A model generated the notes under the pieces. It saw nothing but the letters and a program-made list of their open reading frames with translations. It made no database searches and was not told where the DNA came from. A stretch of 64,000 bases of DNA from Candidatus Shapirobacteria bacterium. GTDB lineage: Bacteria; Patescibacteriota; Microgenomatia; UBA12405; BS750m-G30. The stretch is taken from NCBI GenBank assembly GCA_043817235.1, contig JBDRHA010000011.1, forward strand, positions 35,223 through 99,222, written 5' to 3'. Shown one piece after another: positions 57,020 through 64,000 of the stretch (its first letter is position 1; each line of letters begins with the position of its first letter). The position numbers and the translations under genes were made by a program.

Positions 57020-59104
57020 CTAGTGCTCAACCCTAACAATAATATTACTTTCTTTTAACGGCAGCCAAGGAAAAGAGGAAAAGAGTTTTATGGGAGTATT
57101 TAGCTCATAGCGATAAACACGGGGTATTTTTTTCAATCTTTCCAAAACTTGACTTCGAGCCAGTCCTTTTAAATCTGATCTTAGCGCTTTCAGGTCAGGC
57201 TGAGGATAAAATTTTGCCTTAATAGTTACCTTCCCTAAAAAGCCGCTCTCTGTTTCTTCAATAGGAAGAAATTTAATTTCCAGCTCGTCGGAACTTAATT
57301 CCAAACCCTCAGGAACCTTGGGAGCCAGTTTACTTTGAGCGAAGGCCGCCAAGTCTTTCTGGTCTATGGCTAAACCCGAAGACTTAAGAGCCAGCTGGCC
57401 GGAAAAATCTTCAGCCTCTTCTCCCTCCTTTTTGTCCGCTAAAAAAGAAATAATTTCCGTTTTTGCTGTTTCTGTTACAAAAATTTGGCCTTCTTGTACC
57501 TGCTCGGCCAAACCTCGTTCTATTTTTGCCTCCAATTTCTTTTCCAAATCCGCCTTTAGTCTAACCAAATCATCCGGTGAAACTGCGCTCACTTCTCGGC
57601 TGCTCCCTCCGCTTAAAGCTTCTTTGTTGCGAATCAAAAAATCACCCTCTTTTTCTCCTTCAATGCTAAAAAGACTATCCGAAGCCAAGTTATACTGACT
57701 TCCAATCTGTAAAGCTTCTACCGCCGCCGCCTTCTCTCCCCACCGATCTACCCCAGAAACCAGATCCGGTGTTTTAGAGGCTACTTTTGCTTCTTCAAGA
57801 AGAGAAAAGGTTAAGTCATTAGGGCCAATAATTTTTGTTCCCTGATCAAAGCCCGCCTGCTTGTCAGTTCGGTTATAAATCACTACCTTGCCAGAAGCTC
57901 TTTCTCCAATTAAATTTGTTCCTGTAGCTACTTCCTGCCCTTCTGCTTCCTCTTGATAAGAAAGCTCGCTGGCTATTAAATAATCCTCGCCTACTACAGC
58001 CTTAGCGCTTAGCGAGACTTCATTTTCGCTTTCCAGCTCTTGAGGAGTTAAGTATAAAACCACTTCTTGCTTTAAGCCAAAAAAGCCAAAAGCAAACAAT
58101 CCGCCCATAAGCAAAAGCAAACCTATTGCCAAGACAATCCTCACTTTGGACAAGGAACGAGGAAAGATGCTGCTCAAAAAAAGAAATTTATTTTTAAAAG
58201 GGAAGTTAATATTTATTTTATTGATCTTAGGCGATGGTGATAATTTTTTCTCCTCTTTGTTCTCTTCTTCTTTTATTTCTTTTTCCGAAGAAAGGTCCTG
58301 GAATGAAAACCCAGCAGGAAGGGCTTCTGTTTCAGCTGGCTCCTGATATCTTTCTTTAATCTTTTTTGAAGTCGTCTTTTCTTTTTGCTCTTCTGATTCT
58401 TCCAGCTGAGAAGCAATAATTTCTTTGAGAATCTCCCCCAGCTGCGGCCAATCTAAAACCTGGATATCGGGCAAGTGCAAGAAAAGGTCACCTCTGTCGT
58501 CTACCCAAGGATAGGAAAGCATATCTTCCTCAAGCTCCTGACTAGCTTTTCCCCAAATAATAAATTTGGGCGGCAAAACTCCTTCAAATCCCAGCTGATC
58601 CAAACCTTCTCGTATTTTTTGAGCGCTAACTGTAGCCGAACTTAATTTAAGCCTTTTTTTCACTTTGCCCAAATGAACCAAAGAAAGACGAAAGCCGTTT
58701 TTAAGAAGAAGAAGGGAAATAAAGCTCGGAGGAACTTCTTCTTTTTTTTCAAAATGAAAAATTAAAGACTCGTCATCAATCACAAATCCTCCTGCCGGCC
58801 AGCGATATTCCCGGCACAAGGTTTTAAGTAAATCTGCCTTACTTTCCATTAGTTTTTGGGCTTCCAAAGTCCAAAAAGGCGATATCACAAAAAAAGTTCG
58901 CTTAATGCCAAGTTCTTTTTTTTGAAGACGACTGCCTAAACTTCCGGCCACTGCTTGCTCAAAAGAAGCATAAGTTTTTCCATCCCAATCTTGCTCTTCG
59001 CCTAGCCCTTTAATTCTTAATCCCTCTTCTTCCAGCTGATAAATAAGGGCATTAACCGATTCTTCTTGGATAAGTAAAACTAAAATGTCTTTTTTTTCTT
59101 CCAT
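57020..59104 (-). CDS. hypothetical bitopic membrane protein (694 aa): cytoplasmic N-domain, acidic/Lys-rich linker, one TM helix, large extracellular domain
   Basis: TM segment IVLAIGLLLLMGGLFAFGFFGL near residue 320. No LPXTG-type sorting signal. Confidence 0.5.
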   Translation of the reverse strand: MEEKKDILVLLIQEESVNALIYQLEEEGLRIKGLGEEQDWDGKTYASFEQAVAGSLGSRLQKKELGIKRTFFVISPFWTLEAQKLMESKADLLKTLCREYRWPAGGFVIDDESLIFHFEKKEEVPPSFISLLLLKNGFRLSLVHLGKVKKRLKLSSATVSAQKIREGLDQLGFEGVLPPKFIIWGKASQELEEDMLSYPWVDDRGDLFLHLPDIQVLDWPQLGEILKEIIASQLEESEEQKEKTTSKKIKERYQEPAETEALPAGFSFQDLSSEKEIKEEENKEEKKLSPSPKINKININFPFKNKFLFLSSIFPRSLSKVRIVLAIGLLLLMGGLFAFGFFGLKQEVVLYLTPQELESENEVSLSAKAVVGEDYLIASELSYQEEAEGQEVATGTNLIGERASGKVVIYNRTDKQAGFDQGTKIIGPNDLTFSLLEEAKVASKTPDLVSGVDRWGEKAAAVEALQIGSQYNLASDSLFSIEGEKEGDFLIRNKEALSGGSSREVSAVSPDDLVRLKADLEKKLEAKIERGLAEQVQEGQIFVTETAKTEIISFLADKKEGEEAEDFSGQLALKSSGLAIDQKDLAAFAQSKLAPKVPEGLELSSDELEIKFLPIEETESGFLGKVTIKAKFYPQPDLKALRSDLKGLARSQVLERLKKIPRVYRYELNTPIKLFSSFPWLPLKESNIIVRVEH

Positions 59105-59110
59105 CTTAAA

Positions 59111-60895
59111 TTATTCTAATATCGCATAAATTCTCCTCTTGTCCTGGCCCAAAGATTCCTGTTTAGATATTTTAAATTTCCCCAAAATTCCTGTCTTTCG
59201 AACATGCGGTCCTCCGCAAATTTCCTTTGAAAAATCGCCAACTGAATAAACTTTAACTTGACTAGGATAAGAAACTCCTGGCACCCTTAATGCTCCCTCT
59301 TTCAATGCCCTGTCTAAATCAACCACCTTCATTCTTACTTCCAAGTCCTCTTTAATCTTTTGGTTGACGATCTTTTCTATCTCCCTCACTTCCTTTTCGC
59401 TCAAAGCCCGATCAAAAGTAAAATCAAAGCGCAATCTTTCCTCAGTAATATTGGAGCCCATTTGCAAAACTTCTTTTTCTAAAACCTCCCGCAGCACTTG
59501 CAGCAAAAGATGGGTACAAGTATGATAAGCAACTACTTTTTCAGAATCCCCAGAAAGCCCTCCTTTAAACTTCCCCTTGGCCGCTGTTTGGGATTTCTTT
59601 CGATGAGCCTCAAGAGCTTTTAAAAATCCTTTTTCATCTAACTCTTTTCCAGCCTTGGCTGTCTCTTCAATAATCATTTCCAAAGGGAAACCAAAAGTTT
59701 CGTAAACAAAAAAGGCTTTTTCACCTGAAATTGTTTTCCCTTTAGTTTGAGAAATAATTTTTTCAATTTCTTGTAAGCCCCGACCAACGGTTGCTCTAAA
59801 TCTTTCTTCTTCTTTCTTAAAAACAGCTAAAATATCTTCTTTTCCCTTTTCCAGCTCCGGATATTCACCGCCATAATTATCCTGATTAGTAAAAACTGCC
59901 TGAGCTACTCTAGAAACAAATGGCTTATCAACTCCCAATAATTTCCCCTGTCGAACCGCTCTTCTGATTAACCTTCTCAAAACATAACCTTGCTCTTTAT
60001 TGCCCGGCTCCACTCCGTCGGCAGCAATAAACACTGCCGATCTTAAGTGATCGGCAATAATCCTCATTTCCCGCTGATGTTCCCCGTTAACATAGATCTT
60101 GCCCGACAGTTTTTCAATTATATTAATTAAAGAAGCAAAAACAGAAGTTCTGTAATCATCTTCACCGAATCCATTTAAAATTGCGATCATTCTTTCCAAT
60201 CCCATACCCGTATCAATATTTTTTTGTTTTAATTTTTCATAACTCCCGTCCGCTTTGCGATTGTATTCCATAAAAACATTATTCCAAATTTCAATATATT
60301 TGCCACATTGACAAGAAAGGTTACAGCCAGGAGAGCATTTCTTTTTTCCGGTATTGATAAATATTTCTGAATCGGGACCACAAGGTCCAGTTGTTCCTGC
60401 AGGACCCCACCAATTTTCCTTTTTTCCAAAGAAACAAATTCTTTCCTGGGGAATCCCTAGCTTTTTCCAAACTTTAGCAGATTCGTTATCTCGAGGCGCA
60501 TTTTGATTCCCCCCAAAACAACTAACAGAAATTTTTTGCGGATCAATTTTTAAGTTTTTAGTCAAAAATTCATAGCTCCAAAGCAAAGATTCCTCTTTCC
60601 AATAATCTCCCAATGACCAATTTCCTAACATCTCAAACCAAGTATGATGAAAACCATCACCTACTTCAATAATATCCACTGTGCGAACTGCTTCTTGAAT
60701 ACTTACGAGCCTCTTTCCTAAAGGATGAGGTTCACCGAGCAAGTAAGGAGCAAGCGGCTGCATGCCTGCAGAAATAAAAAGAGTAGAAGGGTCATTTTCC
60801 GGAATAAGGGGAGCGGAGGGAATAACTTTGTGTTCTCTATCTTTAAAAAATTTAAAATATTTGTCCTTCAGCTCTTTGGCAGTAATTTTCGCCAT
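59111..60895 (-). CDS. alaS: alanyl-tRNA synthetase, truncated form (594 aa, no C-Ala domain)
   Basis: Catalytic core (..FFKDREHKVIPSAPLIP..), tRNA-recognition region and an editing-domain HxxxH/CxxxH (HTCTHLL..CGGPHV). Confidence 0.8.
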   Translation of the reverse strand: MAKITAKELKDKYFKFFKDREHKVIPSAPLIPENDPSTLFISAGMQPLAPYLLGEPHPLGKRLVSIQEAVRTVDIIEVGDGFHHTWFEMLGNWSLGDYWKEESLLWSYEFLTKNLKIDPQKISVSCFGGNQNAPRDNESAKVWKKLGIPQERICFFGKKENWWGPAGTTGPCGPDSEIFINTGKKKCSPGCNLSCQCGKYIEIWNNVFMEYNRKADGSYEKLKQKNIDTGMGLERMIAILNGFGEDDYRTSVFASLINIIEKLSGKIYVNGEHQREMRIIADHLRSAVFIAADGVEPGNKEQGYVLRRLIRRAVRQGKLLGVDKPFVSRVAQAVFTNQDNYGGEYPELEKGKEDILAVFKKEEERFRATVGRGLQEIEKIISQTKGKTISGEKAFFVYETFGFPLEMIIEETAKAGKELDEKGFLKALEAHRKKSQTAAKGKFKGGLSGDSEKVVAYHTCTHLLLQVLREVLEKEVLQMGSNITEERLRFDFTFDRALSEKEVREIEKIVNQKIKEDLEVRMKVVDLDRALKEGALRVPGVSYPSQVKVYSVGDFSKEICGGPHVRKTGILGKFKISKQESLGQDKRRIYAILE

Positions 60896-60945
60896 ACTTA
60901 ATTATATACAAAGCCAAAGCGTCTGACAATCAAGCAAAATTTCTA

Positions 60946-61110
60946 TTAAGCTCCTTTATGAGTAAAGAATTTTCTTTTGCGAGGCTCTTTTATTTTCTCT
61001 TTTGCATCCCGGCTCGCTTCTTCCAGTTTTTCTTTTAATAAAGCAATTAGCTTTTCTTTATCTTTTTCTTTTAACAAGAAACCAATGGTAAAACCAATTA
61101 GCGCTCCCAA
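60946..61110 (-). CDS. possible small YtxH-like membrane protein (start uncertain; TTG or non-canonical)
   Basis: The minus-strand frame reads ..GIFLGALIGFTIGFLLKEKDKEKLIALLKEKLEEASRDAKEKIKEPRKRKFFTHKGA. It is more protein-like than the low-complexity plus-strand ORF 60977..61165. Confidence 0.3.
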   Translation of the reverse strand: MGALIGFTIGFLLKEKDKEKLIALLKEKLEEASRDAKEKIKEPRKRKFFTHKGA

Positions 61111-61169
61111 AAAAATTCCGGAAAAATTCTCGCCCAGTTTTTTTTCACTTTTTTCTTTAGAGTAAAAAT

Positions 61170-61520
61170 ATGGACAACACTGTGCAAATTATTTTTATTG
61201 CCAGCTTATCTTTGCTGACAATAATCTTTGTAATTATCGGAATTTGGATAGTGCTGGTATTAAGGGAAATCAGGAGTACGATTAAAAATTTAAATCAGAC
61301 GATTGATAATCTGGAAAATTTTACGGCTAAACTCAGCGAGCCGGCGGAGTTTTTAGGCGGGATGATTAAGGGACTAGAGCGGGGTTTAGAGACTATTTCT
61401 TTGGTCAAGGGTTTTTTTGGTAAAAAAAAGAAGGAAAAATCAAGAGGGTTAATCAGGGGCAATTGGGTTCAATTACTTTTTCGCTTATCTTTCCGGTCGG
61501 GCTTTGAGAAACTATCGTGA
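61170..61520 (+). CDS. DUF948-like membrane protein
   Basis: N-terminal TM helix then a coiled coil (IRSTIKNLNQTIDNLENFTAKL). Family call from memory. Confidence 0.4.
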   Translation: MDNTVQIIFIASLSLLTIIFVIIGIWIVLVLREIRSTIKNLNQTIDNLENFTAKLSEPAEFLGGMIKGLERGLETISLVKGFFGKKKKEKSRGLIRGNWVQLLFRLSFRSGFEKLS

Positions 61521-62058
61521 TGTCTTCATCCTGATAAGAATTTACTTCTTTGCTAAACTCTCCCCTTGGAGAAACCAGTACAGCCTGTCCATCTATTTTT
61601 ACCGCCGCTTCTTTACTGGTTTTTCCTTCCACTAAAACTTTCTCAGACCCGCAAGAAGCATGGACCGAAAGCTTTGGGGGTGAATTAAAAATTACGTATT
61701 GCCTAACTAGATAAATAACCGCCAAAACAATCAAGAAGCCAGCCACTAAAGTGCTACTTGTTAACAGCGGCGCTTTTTCCAAAAATATATTTCTTTTTCT
61801 AATTTCTAAATTAGCTGCCGCTTCTCCTTCCCAGTCTCTACGAAATATCCTAACCAGCCTTAAGGGTGAAAGACCTAAAAAAGCAGCATAGTCCCGAACA
61901 TAAAGCTGAGCATAATCATAATTTGGGAAAACTTTCTGGTTTTCCTTCTCAATTGCCTCAAGGTATTGGCGGGGAATTTTAGTTTCTTCAGCTACCTTTT
62001 TTAAGGAAATGTTTTTCCCCAGCCGAGTCCTTTTAAAAATCTCGCTTGCTCTGTCCAT
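61453..62058 (-). CDS. RodZ-like HTH membrane protein
   Basis: N-terminal XRE-type HTH (LGKNISLKKVAEETKIPRQYLEAIE), a TM helix and a C-terminal extracytoplasmic domain. Confidence 0.4.
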   Translation of the reverse strand: MDRASEIFKRTRLGKNISLKKVAEETKIPRQYLEAIEKENQKVFPNYDYAQLYVRDYAAFLGLSPLRLVRIFRRDWEGEAAANLEIRKRNIFLEKAPLLTSSTLVAGFLIVLAVIYLVRQYVIFNSPPKLSVHASCGSEKVLVEGKTSKEAAVKIDGQAVLVSPRGEFSKEVNSYQDEDITIVSQSPTGKISEKVIEPNCP

Positions 62059-62070
62059 TATTTGTCTCGC

Positions 62071-63918
62071 TTAACTTTCAGCCTGGAGCTCAGGCGGAAG
62101 ATTGGCGACTAATATTTCTCTTGGCTTAGAACCTTGAGCCGGCCCTACTATTCCCGCTATTTCCAACTGATCTAATATTCGCGCCGCCCGCGCATACCCA
62201 ACCTTGAGTCGGCGCTGAATCAAAGAAGCTGAAGCCTTTTTCTCTCCAATAATCAATTGAGCTACCTTAATAAAAAGCTCATCCCTTTCTTCACCATTAA
62301 CTACATAAGTTTTTGTACCGGATACCGGAACCGGCTGAGTAATTACTCTTTCGTCGTACACTGTCTCGCCCTCTTTTTTCAAAAATTCTATTAGTCGTTT
62401 TACCTCTTTGTCTGAAACAAACGGACCCTGAATCCGGGAAGGCTTAGCTTGATCAGGGGGAATAAAAAGCATATCCCCCCGGCCCAGCAGCTTCTCTGCT
62501 CCAGGGGTATCTAAAATAACCCGAGAGTCAGTCATGCTGGCCACCGCAAAGGAAATACGCGCCGGAATATTGGCTTTAATTAAACCGGTAAGAACGTCCA
62601 CCGAAGGGCGCTGGGTTGCTAATAATAAATGAATGCCGGTAGCCCGAGCCATTTGGGCAATCCGGCAAACAGAATCTTCTACTTCAGCCGGAGCATAAAG
62701 CATAATATCTGCCAGCTCGTCAATGAAAATAAGAATATAAGGCAAACCCTCTAAGCCCGATGTTTCATTATAGCTTTCCACATTCCGCGCCCCCACTTCA
62801 GAAAAGAGTTTATAGCGCCGATCCATTTCCTTAATAGCCCAATTAAGAGCAGAAACCACTTTTTCCGGTTCGTGAATTACCGGCGAAAGCAAATGAGGCA
62901 CGCCGTTATATAAATTCATTTCAACCCTTTTGGGGTCTACTAAAATCATTCTTACCTCATCCGGGGTAGCGCGCATAAGCAAGGTAGCAATCCAGGCATT
63001 CATTAAAACACTTTTTCCTGATCCCGTTTGCCCAGCGATAAGAACATGGGGCATTTTGCTTATATCTGCCACCCGAAAATTTCCGGAAACGTCCAAGCCC
63101 AGAGGAACAGCCAATTTTGAAACAGATTCAGAAAGAAGATCGCTTTGGAGCATTTGTCTTAAGCCCACCATCTGTAACCCCCGATTCGGAACTTCAATGC
63201 CTACGAATGAGCGGCCAGGAATAGGCGCTTCAATTCTTATCTGGCCAGTAGGAGCAGCCAGGGCCAGGGCCAGGTCATTGGAAAGGGCAGTAATTTTAGA
63301 AAGCTTTGTCCCCAAAGCCACTTCCAGAGCATACTGAGTAACAGCCGGCCCTTTATTAATTTCCCCCACTCGAGCCATAATACCAAAAGAATCAAGAGTT
63401 TTTTCAATTACACTGGCATTTGCCTTAACATCTCCCCGATCCGCTTCACCCCCTATCGCATCTTCCAATACATCCAAAGGAGGATGACGCCAAATCTTAT
63501 TTTTCAAAGAAGGAGTTGGGCTAAGCAGCTCTTCCTCTTTCTTGCTTTCTTCAAGATTTAGCTGCGGCGGACTAGCCTTAGTTTCATTTTTTTGGGTCAC
63601 AAAAACCGCCTTTTTGGGCATCAAGGGGCCAGAGAAAAGTTTACTTTTTATTTGCCAGAAAATATCAAGGCTAAATTTTATCAGCTGATCTAAGGAGGTA
63701 TTAAAAAGGATAACTAAACTAATTAAAAAGCCAAAAAATAGCAGAAAAAAAGCCCCAAAGCCGGTAATTAACAAGCGGAGTTCCTGCCACATCATTTGGC
63801 CAACTAAACCGCTTTGGGATAGACCAGCTAAAGAAAGAATGGCTAAAAAAGAACCTAAAAGCACATATAGCTGCTTAAACGGAGTGCTAAAACGAGACAA
63901 AAAAAGGCCAATTGCCAA
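62071..63918 (-). CDS. ftsK: DNA translocase FtsK/SpoIIIE
   Basis: N-terminal TM helices, Walker A GQTGSGKS, and a C-terminal gamma winged-helix (..IQRRLKVGYARAARILDQLE..). Confidence 0.85.
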   Translation of the reverse strand: MAIGLFLSRFSTPFKQLYVLLGSFLAILSLAGLSQSGLVGQMMWQELRLLITGFGAFFLLFFGFLISLVILFNTSLDQLIKFSLDIFWQIKSKLFSGPLMPKKAVFVTQKNETKASPPQLNLEESKKEEELLSPTPSLKNKIWRHPPLDVLEDAIGGEADRGDVKANASVIEKTLDSFGIMARVGEINKGPAVTQYALEVALGTKLSKITALSNDLALALAAPTGQIRIEAPIPGRSFVGIEVPNRGLQMVGLRQMLQSDLLSESVSKLAVPLGLDVSGNFRVADISKMPHVLIAGQTGSGKSVLMNAWIATLLMRATPDEVRMILVDPKRVEMNLYNGVPHLLSPVIHEPEKVVSALNWAIKEMDRRYKLFSEVGARNVESYNETSGLEGLPYILIFIDELADIMLYAPAEVEDSVCRIAQMARATGIHLLLATQRPSVDVLTGLIKANIPARISFAVASMTDSRVILDTPGAEKLLGRGDMLFIPPDQAKPSRIQGPFVSDKEVKRLIEFLKKEGETVYDERVITQPVPVSGTKTYVVNGEERDELFIKVAQLIIGEKKASASLIQRRLKVGYARAARILDQLEIAGIVGPAQGSKPREILVANLPPELQAES

Positions 63919-64000
63919 TAACCAAAAAGGAACTAAGATAGAAACAGGACCAAGAAGAGCGATTAATTGCTGATTAATCTCAATTAAAAATAGTCCTTTT

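Noticed and set aside
60977-61165. 62-aa plus-strand ORF (MRGSFIFSFASRL...)
   Set aside because: Ser/Phe low-complexity. The opposite strand encodes a far more protein-like YtxH-type sequence.
1-64000. CRISPR arrays, integrase/transposase genes, rRNA genes
   Set aside because: No regularly spaced repeats were seen, no recombinase or transposase-like ORF, and no rRNA-like conserved stretches on reading through the window.

Overview
The window is a 64 kb, ~40% GC, gene-dense stretch with Patescibacteria/CPR-like hallmarks: no L30 in the spc operon, a zinc-type S14 and a truncated AlaRS. Left to right it carries gltX (partial), a hypothetical membrane protein, a D-Ala-D-Ala carboxypeptidase, aspS, recJ, cca, an AbrB-like plus HTH regulator pair with secDF, DUF3048, DUF4446, a small zinc-ribbon gene, RNase P RNA (rnpB), an AI-2E transporter, miaA, an ABC ATPase, HU, rny, recX and recA. 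After recA comes tRNA-Pro(GGG) preceded by a GIY-YIG cassette, then a ~7.7 kb accessory stretch (20.26-28.0 kb). That stretch abuts the 3' end of a long minus-strand translation block: rpsI-rplM-rplQ-rpoA-rpsD-rpsK-rpsM-rpmJ-infA-map-adk-secY, the spc and S10 operons, tuf-fusA-rpsG-rpsL and rpoC-rpoB. Beyond rpoB lie mltG, ruvX, a sortase with a 694-aa membrane protein, a truncated alaS, DUF948, a RodZ-like protein and ftsK. The most interesting signal is in the accessory stretch: four direct copies of the last ~25 nt of rpsI (S9 C-terminal codons plus the stop), one at the true gene end and three 3-5 kb upstream. They delimit three cassette-like modules: a frameshifted HAD-HIT fusion, a dinD-like pseudogene with three in-frame stops, and an intact DUF3160-like plus FG-GAP-like pair. 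This looks like serial site-specific insertion at the rpsI 3' end with no recombinase in the window. Separately, a 15-nt duplicate of the tRNA-Pro 5' end flanks the 304-bp GIY-YIG cassette.
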